Counted from the stretch's first letter, positions 9,980 through 20,489 are shown. The stretch is 64,000 nt of DNA from Cyanophyceae cyanobacterium (GCA_038321985.1 JBBQFN010000004.1:128001-192000), one strand, 5' to 3'. Numbers and translations: made by a program. The notes: generated by a model not told the origin, from the letters alone.

Positions 9980-12115
9980 TTAAGGTTCCTTCACCGATGG
10001 TACTCGCCAAATTTTAAGGGTTTCATCGGGAGAACCTGTCAAGAGAGTTTTACCATTGCGAGTCATTGCAATTCCACTTACATAACTAGAATGACCATTA
10101 AGCTGATAACGCAGGGTTCCAGTCGCTAAATCCCAAATTTCGATCGTCCCTCCACTACTCGCCAACATCTTACCTTCGGGGCCAATTACGACGGATCTCA
10201 CCCAAGTTGAATCTCCGATTAACTGATATTTTCGCTCTCCAGTTCTGAGGTTCCAAATCACAATTGTATTATCGCGACTGCCACTGGCGAGGGTGTTACC
10301 ATCGGGACTGATGGCAAGGGAAAGAACCGGATGCCCATGACCTCGAAGAGTTAATAACCTAGCGCCGGTTGTTAAGTCCCAAATTTTTACGGTATTGTCA
10401 TTAGCCGCACTAATAATTCGGCGGCCATCGGGAGTAAAAGCGACTGCATTTACCCCGGCTCCCACCTGAATTGTCCGGAGGCGAGTCCCGCTTCTAATAT
10501 CCCAAATTTTAATCGTATTATCATCCGATCCACTCGCTAAACGCTGTCCATCGGGGGTAAAGGCGAGGGTATTTACGGGGCCCCAATGCGCTCCGGGTCC
10601 GGCAATGGTAAGCATACGGGACCCATTATTCATATTCCATAATCGAATCGTTTTGTCTGCGGAACCACTTGCTAAGGTTTGACCATTGGGACTAATGGCT
10701 AGAGTCTTTACCCAGTCTTTATGAGCGGCGATCGTTTGCAGTAATGCTCCACTTTTAAGATTCCAGATGCGGATTGTGCCAAAACTACCGCTGGCAAAGG
10801 TTCCCCCCTCGGATTGATTTTCCGCGCCGGGAACCTGACTCATGGCGAGGGACTGAACTTTACCGACATCCCGGATGCTTTTTCTTAAAAATAGACTGCT
10901 AGGGATATTCACGAGCAGTCCGACAGGATTGGCTGGAAATAATCCATATCGCCAATAGCCATAAACTTGGGAGGTTCCCAGCAGGACTAATAAGATGGCG
11001 ATCGCTGAAATCCAGGGTTTTTTCCCTGCTTTTTTCAGATATCGACCCCGACTATTACTTTTCGGTGGATAAACGGGTTTGTATTGCGATCGCAGCTTTT
11101 TTGATTCTGTGGATGTTGATTTCGAGTTCAGATTGGAAGCTGTATTGTAATTTCCCCGGGTCCCAGAGGTTCCGATTCCTGTGGTATTATCGTCCCCAAC
11201 TTCCCCATTTGGCGGCGTCAAGTCAATCTCCGCTAGACATTGCAAGATAGATTGAGCACTTTGAGGTCGCTTTCCGGGAAAGGGAGCCATTAAATAATCG
11301 ATCACATCTCCAAACGACTTGGAAATCTGCGGTGCACTATTGCGCCAGACGAGCTTTCCCGTCCGAGGATTTTCCGAAAAGGCGGTAGGCGGTTTCGCCG
11401 TGAGTAAAAAGACTAGGGTCCGGCCTAATGCATAAAAATCCGATTGCGGCACCGCCTTACCATTGGCTTGTTCCGGTGGCGTATAGCCCGGAGACACAAT
11501 CCCCGTAATATTTTGGCCCTGCCCCACTTTGGCAAAGTAGGTGTTGGTGACTTCGCGCGCAGCCCCAAAGTCAATCAACACGACTTGCCCATTCAACCGA
11601 ATCATGATGTTGAGAGGCTTAATATCCCGATGAAAAAAGTTTTGTTGGTGGACGCGATCGAGAATCTCCACCATCTGTTTTAACCAATCAATGGCTTGGC
11701 TTTGGTTTACGGGACGATTTCCCCGCTTTTTCATCCAATCACGCAGGTTCAATCCACTGATTTTTTCCATGACTAAGCAGTGGATCGGTTCGGTTTCCCC
11801 GGGAGGCGTGATCGCAAAGTAGGCATCTGGCTCAACTTTGGGAATCCCCGGATGGTTGATCCGTTTAAGCACATCGGCTTCCTGCTGAAAAAGCTCCACC
11901 GCTTTTTCATGGTTTTGGAGCAATACTTTCAGGACCTTGATGGCTCCTTTATCCTCAATTTCAAAGGTTTTGCCAAAACCCCCACCTCCAAGGGGTTTGA
12001 TAATCCGATACCGTCCTTGCAGGATTACATCACAGCCACAGTGAACACATTTGACCTGGTCCGCGTTGGCTGGGTCATTAGGATGGGGACATTTGGGATT
12101 CAGGCAATAACTCAC
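9980..12115 (-). CDS. Ser/Thr protein kinase with 4-Cys N-terminal motif, TM helix and WD40 repeats
   Basis: CLNPKC..CVHCG; GGGGFG; HRDIKPLN; DFG; multiple SGS.D.TI.IW WD repeats. Confidence 0.95.
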   Translation of the reverse strand: MSYCLNPKCPHPNDPANADQVKCVHCGCDVILQGRYRIIKPLGGGGFGKTFEIEDKGAIKVLKVLLQNHEKAVELFQQEADVLKRINHPGIPKVEPDAYFAITPPGETEPIHCLVMEKISGLNLRDWMKKRGNRPVNQSQAIDWLKQMVEILDRVHQQNFFHRDIKPLNIMIRLNGQVVLIDFGAAREVTNTYFAKVGQGQNITGIVSPGYTPPEQANGKAVPQSDFYALGRTLVFLLTAKPPTAFSENPRTGKLVWRNSAPQISKSFGDVIDYLMAPFPGKRPQSAQSILQCLAEIDLTPPNGEVGDDNTTGIGTSGTRGNYNTASNLNSKSTSTESKKLRSQYKPVYPPKSNSRGRYLKKAGKKPWISAIAILLVLLGTSQVYGYWRYGLFPANPVGLLVNIPSSLFLRKSIRDVGKVQSLAMSQVPGAENQSEGGTFASGSFGTIRIWNLKSGALLQTIAAHKDWVKTLAISPNGQTLASGSADKTIRLWNMNNGSRMLTIAGPGAHWGPVNTLAFTPDGQRLASGSDDNTIKIWDIRSGTRLRTIQVGAGVNAVAFTPDGRRIISAANDNTVKIWDLTTGARLLTLRGHGHPVLSLAISPDGNTLASGSRDNTIVIWNLRTGERKYQLIGDSTWVRSVVIGPEGKMLASSGGTIEIWDLATGTLRYQLNGHSSYVSGIAMTRNGKTLLTGSPDETLKIWRVPSVKEP

Positions 12116-12754
12116 AGAAGCTACATTACCCTATATTCTGACTGCACGTTTCAACAACACTATAACTTGCAGTTATCATTCATAACTGTAGGGTCTTGCC
12201 AACTCATTGATAATTTCCTCGGTGAGTTGACCCTCTAGCTGCAAGTGCAGCGCAAGCCGTCTAGCTTGATTTTTTGATCGGCCCAATTTGCTTCTGGCTT
12301 AACCCGGATGGCTTGTGGGAACGTTTGTCTATCGAAGCCAGGTAGTACGCTCCCATTAAATGCTAGCAATTATTGGGTCAAAAAGATTATTTTTAAAAAT
12401 GTTATAACCGTTGCTGGGTTTGATACCAATCCCCATTTGAATCAATGGTTGCTCTGTATTGACGGGTGTAGTGACCTTTCGCCTGAAGGTGATGGGGGTT
12501 TAAGTTTTACGGTTCGCCACCCAGGACTACCGTCTTTTTTTAGCCCTATTCCTTGAGTCCTGGGTGGCGATCGCCTGGATATGGCCCTGACTCCCTGCTT
12601 TGTCTCCTTTACCATCAAACCGGGCTGGCGATCGCACTTCCCCCAACTCAATTGTAATTAAATTTTGTCGATCCGATTCATCTCCCCCTTCCGGTATCCA
12701 AGTTAGGGGTTAGGGTTTGATATTCCCTCCGTAATTGTTCGGAACCCGTTTGAG

Positions 12755-12961
12755 TTACCGGCCTCTCTCTCCCGTGCAGTCGCCCCTTTCAAATCGATGC
12801 TGATATCGCATAAAAGCCTCTTCCACTTCCGCTTCGCTCAAAATTAAATAATTGGCAATATCGGGAAAACTTTTGCCAATTTTCCACATTTTGCCTACCA
12901 CATCTTCTATCGTTTTCTCCGTAATTTCCCGGAGTTTTGCCATTTCCTTCTCTCGTTTCAT
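12755..12961 (-). CDS. Small hypothetical protein with an HTH-like pattern
   Basis: GKSFPDIANYLILSEAEV resembles an HTH; second Met preceded by a purine-rich tract. Confidence 0.55.
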   Translation of the reverse strand: MKREKEMAKLREITEKTIEDVVGKMWKIGKSFPDIANYLILSEAEVEEAFMRYQHRFERGDCTGERGR

Positions 12962-14337
12962 TTTCCGGCCCTTTTTTAAAAGTTAACTGGAATCAATAGA
13001 TGCCATTACCCTCAAGGTTGCCTTTGTAGCCTGTTTCCTTCAATCGGATTAACTCTATTCCCCGGGATTTTCAATAGATTGAGAAATAGTTTAAAGTTAT
13101 ACAGTTCTGCGGTTTATCTTTCAGTAAAATAATAGTTTATAATAATCTTTTACATGAACCTGAATAACGCTAACGCTACGGGACGAATTGCCCATTTTAA
13201 TCCTGGAATTGTAGCTCGTTAGGGTTTAATTTTCCTGGGTTTTACTTAATTGGATGAAAAACAAAATCTGTTAAAATTAAGCAGTAGTTTCACGGCCACC
13301 CCCTAAAAGAATATTCTCTTAAATTAAACTTGTTTTTTGAAAAATTACTTTTTTATGGGCAGTTAGTTTAAGGTAAAGCCATCATTCATTGAGACCCTTA
13401 CAAAGTAAGTAAACCCTGTCTTACACCCTTTTTCGTTGTTATCCTTGAGGTTTTGCTAAATGATTGATTATCTGTCCTATCATTCAGCAGGGGATTTTAC
13501 CATCGGGAAAACTTGAAAGGGCTTTTTAATAGATATTTTTATTTTAAAAATTTAAAAATTAGGCTGGAAATAGCTTGCTTTAAAAACTCTATCCAGAAGT
13601 CCTCATTTTAATTTTGAATCCATGACAGTGCTAATTTAGGGGTGCTGTAGTCCTAAAAATTTAATCGCTGCCAAAAATATTCACTGCCAGTTAACTGCCT
13701 TAAACCTTAATGGTCTAAAAAGGTTCTATCATGACGAAAAATTTTCATCGGCGATCGCCGACTTCCTTCTCATATCAAATCCTGACTTGTAGTCCCTAAC
13801 TCGCCAACGATCATCCTCCTGGTTACAATGGGGACGACAGTATTCTCAGTGTGAGTTCCCTGATTGGATAGAGATTCTAGGATTGGGGATCTCGGGTTGA
13901 TACCATCCGGGGCACCCGTAGCTACACACCCCCGGATCCAAAGATCTAGTCTAATAAAACAGCGTAAAATTGTTTACCCGTAAGGGGTTTAGTTAATTTC
14001 TAAATGATGTTAGGTAAGAGGCAGAGGGTTTGATATCAGGACTCAAGGCGATGCTGATGTTGGCAACGGGTCCCAGATTTCAAATAAATGTTATCCAGCA
14101 TGGCATGGGTAGGCTTTTAACTCACGCATCTATCTATAGGCGTAAATGTTTCTGAGAAATTGTAGCGGGGGTGTTTTTCCCGGGGACGCTAATTCCCTAT
14201 TGATTCCCAGAATTACCATCCCTAAAGGAATTGAAGCGTTAAGCCGACTCACAACACAGCCAGGATTGCGCCGATTTGGGAGCCTCTGAAACCCAAAATA
14301 GTTAAGTATATTTGCTTAATTCGGACAAAAATAAAAA

Positions 14338-14383
14338 AACTTAACATTTCGTAATGATTTCTGGCCCGGAGGCAGTGTATAAA
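14338..14383 (+). promoter_or_regulatory. Probable cpcB promoter: HLR1-like (RpaB) repeat plus -10 box
   Basis: Minus strand ATTACGAA-AT-GTTAAGTT (14338-14355) resembles HLR1; TATAAA at 14378-14383; implies a leader of ~280 nt. Confidence 0.55.
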
Positions 14384-14669
14384 GGTAACCTGAAGGGGTG
14401 GAGAAACGAAAAAGTTAACCTGAGTATTGATTAAAAAAGGTTTTCAAGTTTCTCATACTTCTGCTAATATTTTCTAAGATTTCTCGAAAGCGGGTGACAA
14501 AGCCCCAACAGGGCCCAGCCACTAACTTCGAGTCCAGCTTTAAACATACTGATTGTTGTAGTGTTGTAGCTGGGGTTGGTCGGAACCTAACAAGCTGTAC
14601 AGCTTGAACGGGATCAACTAAACTTGATTGAAGCCCAAACCAAGCCAATAAATAAAGGAGATTGAGTAC

Positions 14670-15188
14670 ATGCTAGACGCATTTGCAAAAGTTGTTTCGC
14701 AAGCAGACGCACGTGGCGAATTCCTGAGCACCGCCCAATTGGATGCTCTGACCAACATGGTCAAAGAAGGTAACAAACGCTTGGATACCGTCAACCGGAT
14801 CACCAGTAACGCTTCTCAAATCGTTTCTGAAGCCGCTCGTTCTCTGTTCTCTGAGCAACCTCAGCTGATCCAACCCGGTGGAAATGCTTACACCAACCGT
14901 CGTATGGCAGCTTGCTTACGCGACATGGAAATCATCCTACGCTATGTCACCTACGCAGTAATTGCCGGTGATGCCAGCGTGTTAGACGATCGCTGCTTGA
15001 ATGGTCTTCGTGAAACCTACCAAGCCCTGGGCGTTCCCGGTGGTTCGGTTGCCACAGGCGTTCAAAAAATGAAAGATGCCGCTGTCCGCATCGCCAACGA
15101 TCCCGCAGGTATCACTCCTGGAGATTGCAGCGCTTTGATGTCTGAGATTGCTGGCTACTTTGATCGCGCAGCTTCTGCGGTTTCCTAG
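14670..15188 (+). CDS. cpcB: Phycocyanin beta subunit
   Basis: [23 protein letters not shown] chromophore Cys; GDCSAL; GGAG RBS. Confidence 0.99.
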   Translation: MLDAFAKVVSQADARGEFLSTAQLDALTNMVKEGNKRLDTVNRITSNASQIVSEAARSLFSEQPQLIQPGGNAYTNRRMAACLRDMEIILRYVTYAVIAGDASVLDDRCLNGLRETYQALGVPGGSVATGVQKMKDAAVRIANDPAGITPGDCSALMSEIAGYFDRAASAVS

Positions 15189-15309
15189 TCCAAAGAGATC
15201 GCGACTAAAACCCGACTTATATTTTAAGGATCTAGCCATTAAGCCAAATCCTTAAAAACCAAAACCAAAGAACGAAAAATTAGTACAACCCTAGGGAGAT
15301 ACTGCAACG

Positions 15310-15798
15310 ATGAAAACCCCAATTACTGAAGCAATTTCTTCTGCTGACGCTCAAGGCCGTTTCTTGGGCAACTCCGAACTCCAAGCCGTTGATGGACGCT
15401 TCAAGCGTGCTCAAGCCAGCATGGAAGCCGCTCGTGCTTTAACCGGCAACGCTCAACGCTTAACTGAAGGCGCTGCACAAGCTGTTTACAACAAGTTCCC
15501 CTACACCACCTCCATGCAGGGACCGAACTATGCTTCCACCGAAACCGGCAAGCAAAAATGCTCTCGTGATATCAGCTACTACTTGCGCATGGTTACCTAC
15601 TGCTTAGTTGCTGGTGGTACCGGCCCCATGGATGAGTATTTGATTGCTGGTTTAGATGAAATCAACAGCACCTTTGATTTATCTCCTAGCTGGTACGTTG
15701 AAGCCCTCAAGTACGTCAAGAGCAATCATGGTTTAAGCGGACAAGCTGCCGTTGAAGCCAACACCTACATCGATTATGCAATCAACGCCCTGAGCTAA
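15310..15798 (+). CDS. cpcA: Phycocyanin alpha subunit
   Basis: [29 protein letters not shown]. Confidence 0.99.
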   Translation: MKTPITEAISSADAQGRFLGNSELQAVDGRFKRAQASMEAARALTGNAQRLTEGAAQAVYNKFPYTTSMQGPNYASTETGKQKCSRDISYYLRMVTYCLVAGGTGPMDEYLIAGLDEINSTFDLSPSWYVEALKYVKSNHGLSGQAAVEANTYIDYAINALS

Positions 15799-15848
15799 TA
15801 GATGCATTCTTCTCGCATCTATCTGATTGCTTAGAACGGTAAAAGGTG

Positions 15849-15913
15849 AGATGTCCGGGGAGGTAGGCGGGTGCTGGCAGCAGGCTAGTCTCTGTTTACC
15901 TGTCCGGACATCT
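15849..15913 (+). terminator. Stem-loop after cpcA (partial terminator or 3' stabiliser of cpcBA mRNA)
   Basis: AGATGTCCGG / CCGGACATCT outer stem, inner G-U-rich stem, followed by T-rich sequence. Confidence 0.7.
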
Positions 15914-16038
15914 TTGTATTTGTTGAGGCCGAAAAACCCCGTGATGTGATAAAGATCGCGGCAGCAAGATTTTGGATGGTCTGAAGAAAAACACATCTAA
16001 AATCAAAACAGTAAAAATTTTTTTTGGAGATTGTTTAG

Positions 16039-16899
16039 ATGGCAATTACAACAGCAGCATCCCGTTTGGGAACGACTCCTTATGGTGATACAGGCCGGGT
16101 AGAACTGCGTCAAAATAGCAGTGAACAAGATGTCGAAGCAGTAATTCGCAGCGTTTACCGTCAGGTACTCGGCAACGATTACGTGATGAAATCTCAGCGC
16201 CTCAACAGTGCTGAATCGCTGCTGAAAAATGGCAAAATGACTGTGCGCGATTTCGTCCGCGCTGTGGCTAAATCGGAACTTTACAAAGAAAAGTTTCTTT
16301 ACCCCAATTTCCAAACCCGAGTCATCGAACTCAATTATAAGCATCTGTTGGGACGCGCTCCCTATGATGAGAGCGAGGTGATTTACCACCTGGATCTGTA
16401 TGAAAACCACGGATTTGATGCCGAAATCGATTCCTACATTGATTCCCCCGAATATGAAAGCAGCTTTGGGGACAATATCGTACCGTACTACCGTGGATTT
16501 GATACCCAAACCGGTCAAAAAACCGTAGGGTTTAATCGGATGTTCCGCCTCTATCGCGGTTATGCCAACAGCGATCGCGCTCAACTCGAAGGGACCAAAT
16601 CTCGTTTGATTCGTGAACTCAGCAAAAATCAAACGAACACGATTGTTGCTCCTTCCGGTGGTTCTGATGGTTGGTCCTACCGTTCTTCCGTCGATTCTTC
16701 TCCCGCAACCTGCCTTGGTGGTGCGTTTGTGGGCTTTGGGAAAGATGGCAGTGTGTATCGCATCGAAGTAACCGGACTCCGCCAAACCGGCGTGCGTCGC
16801 AGTTGCCAAACCTTCATCGTTCCTTACGAGAGCTTATCTACGAAACTTCAACAAATCCTGAAGCAAGGCGGAAAAATCGCCAGCATCACGACTGCCTAA
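16039..16899 (+). CDS. cpcC: Phycocyanin rod linker polypeptide
   Basis: [27 protein letters not shown]-terminal CpcD-like domain. Confidence 0.96.
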   Translation: MAITTAASRLGTTPYGDTGRVELRQNSSEQDVEAVIRSVYRQVLGNDYVMKSQRLNSAESLLKNGKMTVRDFVRAVAKSELYKEKFLYPNFQTRVIELNYKHLLGRAPYDESEVIYHLDLYENHGFDAEIDSYIDSPEYESSFGDNIVPYYRGFDTQTGQKTVGFNRMFRLYRGYANSDRAQLEGTKSRLIRELSKNQTNTIVAPSGGSDGWSYRSSVDSSPATCLGGAFVGFGKDGSVYRIEVTGLRQTGVRRSCQTFIVPYESLSTKLQQILKQGGKIASITTA

Positions 16900-17104
16900 T
16901 TTAGGATCAAGTTTCAGACGACCCACAGGTACCAAACGGCCCTGTAACTGGAGTAATCCGTGAGAAATAGCGGCGATAGATAGGTGGAACAAAGTAATAA
17001 CTTATCTAATTGTTCAGCTATCACGGATTAAAATAGGGACGGGAATATGGCGATCGCCTGTGGGTTAATCCCTTCAATCTATACCAAAGGAGCTAGTCAA
17101 TAAA

Positions 17105-17422
17105 ATGTTAGGTCAAGTTGCAGGCGGAAATCAATCTAATACCCAAGCAGGAAACCGAGTCTTTCGTTATGAAGTGACCGGATTGCGTCAAAACGAAGAA
17201 AGCGATCAGAGCAACTACTCTATTCGCCAGAGCGGAAGTGTCTTTATGACAGTTCCCTACAATCGCATGAACGAAGAAATGCAGCGGATTACCCGCTTAG
17301 GTGGAAAAATTGTCAGCATTCAACCCTTGAGTGTTGAGAATCAAGCTCATAGTCAGGCTCATAATGAGCATCAGCATGATGCTCATCATGATGCTCATAG
17401 TGATAGCAAAGGAGAAGCCTAA
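17105..17422 (+). CDS. cpcD: Rod-capping linker with His-rich C-terminal extension
   Basis: RVFRYEVTGL...VPYNRMNEEMQRITRLGGKIVSI. Confidence 0.93.
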   Translation: MLGQVAGGNQSNTQAGNRVFRYEVTGLRQNEESDQSNYSIRQSGSVFMTVPYNRMNEEMQRITRLGGKIVSIQPLSVENQAHSQAHNEHQHDAHHDAHSDSKGEA

Positions 17423-17465
17423 TTTGTAGGCGCTTGCTTACGAGTTAGTCAGACCCGTTTAAGTA

Positions 17466-18311
17466 ATGTTGGACAATTTTGAAGGAAACTCACCGTCCCC
17501 TCGTGAAGGGGACGGTGAGACTTTAACTGTAGAAGTGGCGATCGCTAATTTGCGCCACGAAGACTTGAGCTTGCGTTACTACGCCGCTTGGTGGATTGGC
17601 CGATTTGGTGTCCGCGAACCAGCAGCGATCGATGCCCTGCTGGATTTGTTATCAGAAGAAGGGGATAAAACCGATGCGGGTGGGTTCCCCCTGCGTCGAA
17701 ATGCCGCCAGAGCACTGGGAAAAGTCGGCGACGATCGCGCAGTTCCTGCCCTGATTGATTGCTTGGAATGCTCGGATTATTATGTCCGCGAAGCTGCTGC
17801 GGAAGGTTTGGAACGACTCGGCGATCGCACCGCAGTCCCGGCCCTGATGAAATTACTCTCCGGTGGGATTGCCGCAGCAGTGCAAATGCCGGGAAAACCC
17901 CATCTTACCCAACCCTACGATACGATCTTAGAAGCGTTGGGAACCTTGCAAGCCACAGAAGCGATTTCCCGGATTCAACCGTTTCTAGAGCATTCGTTTG
18001 CGCGGGTGCAGTATTCCGCAGCCCGTGCTATGTATCAACTGACTGGGGAAGCAGTGTATGGAGAACGCTTGATTCAAGCTTTGCAGGGAAAAGATTTGCA
18101 ACTGCGGCGATCGGCACTCTTAGACTTGGGGGCGATCGCCTATTTGCCCGCTGCCAAAGCAATTTCTCAAACCTTGGCAGAAAATAGCATTAAATTGATT
18201 GCTCTTAAAGGACTGATCGAGCATCATCTGACAATTCCCCATCCGGATGCTGCCCCAGATTTATCTCCAGAATTGATTGAAGTCATGAATCTCATGGATA
18301 GTCTGTTATAG
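17466..18311 (+). CDS. cpcE: Phycocyanobilin lyase alpha subunit (HEAT repeats)
   Basis: RYYAAWW.G, GGFPLRRNAARALG and AENSIKLIAL motifs; operon position. Confidence 0.95.
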   Translation: MLDNFEGNSPSPREGDGETLTVEVAIANLRHEDLSLRYYAAWWIGRFGVREPAAIDALLDLLSEEGDKTDAGGFPLRRNAARALGKVGDDRAVPALIDCLECSDYYVREAAAEGLERLGDRTAVPALMKLLSGGIAAAVQMPGKPHLTQPYDTILEALGTLQATEAISRIQPFLEHSFARVQYSAARAMYQLTGEAVYGERLIQALQGKDLQLRRSALLDLGAIAYLPAAKAISQTLAENSIKLIALKGLIEHHLTIPHPDAAPDLSPELIEVMNLMDSLL

Positions 18312-18361
18312 GCGATCGCAACGGGGGGGGAGAAACTGAGTCAGTTGTCAGGAATCGGGGA

Positions 18362-18492
18362 CCCCACCCTAACCCTCCCCTTGCCAAGGGGAGGGGACCG
18401 GACCAATTGTAGGCCCTTCGACTCTTCGACAAGCTCAGAGCTCAGGAGGCATTGCCCACATAGCTGTTCGGATGGGGGATTGCCCACCCTAC
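18362..18492. repeat. Cluster of REP-like palindromic repeats between cpcE and cpcF
   Basis: CCCTCCCCTT-GCC-AAGGGGAGGG hairpin; GTAGG...ATTGCCCAC / ATTGCCCACCCTAC pair; doubled CTTCGAC..GCTCAG unit. Confidence 0.65.
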
Positions 18493-18550
18493 TCCTTTTG
18501 TGTCGATTAAAATTAACCCTTTTTAATAAAACAGCGATCAAGCAGTTGTT

Positions 18551-19204
18551 ATGACTGAAAATGCCGGAATCACACAACTGATTAAAGCCGTTGAACAGGC
18601 AGACTCCGCAGAAGGTTTAACTAATGCCCTGTGGAAATTAGCACAAGCGCGATCGCCCCAGGCAATTCCTACCTTAATTGAAGCCCTCGGTTTCAATAAC
18701 CCCGGTGCTGCCGTTGCTGGAGTGGAGGGATTGGTTGCCCTGGGTGAAATCGCCGTTGTCCCCCTATTGGAAGAACTAGATGGGTTCAATTATGGGGCCA
18801 GAGCCTGGGCCTTGCGGGCCTTAGCCAAAATAGGCGACCCGCGCGGACTAGAGTTACTCTTAGACACCGCAGGGAATGACTTTGCCCTGAGTGTGCGTCG
18901 CGCTGCGGCAACCGGGCTGGGAAATATCCTTTGGGAAAAAATGCCCCCGGATGACAGGGCGGCTGCCCAAGAAAAAGTCTATCAAACCCTTCTAGAAGTT
19001 CTGCAAGACCCCGAATGGGTCGTTCGCTATGCGGCAGTAGTGGGAATGCAAGGATTAGCTACGGCTGCGGTTGCCCATTCGCCGATGTGGTTACAGCAAC
19101 TCTCGACCCACTTAGGCGATCGGGCCAAATCCGATGGGGAATTAGTCGTCCGTGCTCGAGCTCAACTAGCCTATCAGCAATTACAAGTTACAGCCCACCT
19201 TTAA
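18551..19204 (+). CDS. cpcF: Phycocyanobilin lyase beta subunit
   Basis: LGFNNPGAAVA, NYGARAWA and D.EWVVRYAAV motifs. Confidence 0.95.
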   Translation: MTENAGITQLIKAVEQADSAEGLTNALWKLAQARSPQAIPTLIEALGFNNPGAAVAGVEGLVALGEIAVVPLLEELDGFNYGARAWALRALAKIGDPRGLELLLDTAGNDFALSVRRAAATGLGNILWEKMPPDDRAAAQEKVYQTLLEVLQDPEWVVRYAAVVGMQGLATAAVAHSPMWLQQLSTHLGDRAKSDGELVVRARAQLAYQQLQVTAHL

Positions 19205-19211
19205 ATCCTGC

Positions 19212-19397
19212 TTACTTGCCTGAAGACCCCGAACCCTCTGAGGGTTCTCTCAAAAAGGCTTGAACCAGACTCCAAAAGGTCCACATCAAGCCAGTCCCTA
19301 AGACCATTAGCATCAAAACCGACAAGGCCCCAAAGGGAGAAAGGACTGCCATCAGCAACAGGCCAAAGATTAAAAGAGTAGCGATGGGCTGATTCAT
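19212..19397 (-). CDS. Small membrane protein (two TM segments)
   Basis: 61 aa, strongly hydrophobic; GGAG upstream of the ATG. Confidence 0.55.
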   Translation of the reverse strand: MNQPIATLLIFGLLLMAVLSPFGALSVLMLMVLGTGLMWTFWSLVQAFLREPSEGSGSSGK

Positions 19398-19508
19398 GGG
19401 ACCGGATTGCTCCTGTATCGGACTCGATACCCTAAGTTTATCCAGTCAGATGGGCTTGTGACCTCTTTCCCTGTACTGAGATTTAATTCGCCCTTGGGGT
19501 TTTCTTGA

Positions 19509-20222
19509 TTACATGGGGTTTATAGTCTTAGTGCATAAATATGTACCCATCACGCCATCTTCAATACTCTGACGCTGAATACTAAACCCATTACGGGACA
19601 ACAATCCCTCAAAAATCCAGTCATAAGTCGAATATTCATCCCGGAAGTGTCCTTCCGCATCTTCCCGAAGAAAATCGCCCCCGGCGGCGGCCTGTTTTTC
19701 AATAAAAGCGGCAATATTGTCAAGGGAATGATGTTCCTTGATAATCACATCGTGAATATAAAACAGACCCCCAGGTTTGAGCATCCGATTGATTCGCCCT
19801 AAAGCGATTCCCTTCCAGAAGTCAGGCAGATGATGGAAGGCAAAAGTTGTCGTAATCGCATCTACCGATTCATCGGGATGCTCATAGGACAGAAATCCGC
19901 CATGACAAAAAGTAATATTCGACACTCCAGCTTTAGCGGCTTTAGTTTCCGCATATTCCAACATGGTTGGGGAAATATCCACCGCATAAACTTTTACCCC
20001 ACGGATGGCAGCTTGAATCGCGAAAGTGCCGGTCCCCGCCCCAAAATCAATGATTACATCGTTTGTCTTTAGGGCGAGTAAATCAAGGAGGGCATTGCTT
20101 TCTTTCTCAATATCTCGGAAGTCCGCATGGCTGGAATCATACACCTCAACTTCCGTGGGAATACCATAGTCTTTACCGACCTGCTGGAACTCATCGTATT
20201 GCCAGGATAAGGGAAATTTCAT
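19509..20222 (-). CDS. Class I SAM-dependent methyltransferase
   Basis: IDFGAGTG motif I, VDIS, AFHHL and LKPGG; ATG at 20222 preferred. Confidence 0.9.
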   Translation of the reverse strand: MKFPLSWQYDEFQQVGKDYGIPTEVEVYDSSHADFRDIEKESNALLDLLALKTNDVIIDFGAGTGTFAIQAAIRGVKVYAVDISPTMLEYAETKAAKAGVSNITFCHGGFLSYEHPDESVDAITTTFAFHHLPDFWKGIALGRINRMLKPGGLFYIHDVIIKEHHSLDNIAAFIEKQAAAGGDFLREDAEGHFRDEYSTYDWIFEGLLSRNGFSIQRQSIEDGVMGTYLCTKTINPM

Positions 20223-20350
20223 TTTGATTATGTTATTTACAGAACGTGCCGGGTCAGTTAAATCCACGAACGGGTCCCTGAGTCCGTGGTAGAGATATCG
20301 GGATTATAACTGAACAGTCTTATCTGTCTTAAAAAAGTCCGGTGGAGGGG

Positions 20351-20380
20351 TTGCATAACTACCCTGAACTTTGGTAGAGT
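20351..20380 (+). promoter_or_regulatory. Sigma70-type promoter of the tRNA gene
   Basis: TTGCAT-N18-TAGAGT with TG extension, 10 nt before the tRNA. Confidence 0.55.
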
Positions 20381-20390
20381 TAAAATTCCT

Positions 20391-20463
20391 GCTGGTGTAG
20401 CTCAGTTGGTAGAGCAACGCACTTGTAATGCGTGGGTCGCGGGTTCAACTCCTGTCACCAGCT
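20391..20463 (+). tRNA. trnT: tRNA-Thr (anticodon UGU)
   Basis: Acceptor GCTGGTG/CACCAGC; D-arm; anticodon stem ACGCA/TGCGT with loop CTTGTAA; T-loop GGTTCAAC; CCA not encoded. Confidence 0.97.
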
Positions 20464-20489
20464 TTAAATTCATCGTTGGCATCGTCAGA

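Noticed and set aside
16003..16809. Long antisense or alternative-frame ORFs (e.g. 16003-16809, 5353-6111, 22250-22828, 31991-32494)
   Set aside because: They overlap well-supported genes and have no domain features.
19509..20463. Methyltransferase as a tRNA-integrated island
   Set aside because: It lies 5' of the tRNA; there is no integrase and no duplicated tRNA 3' end.
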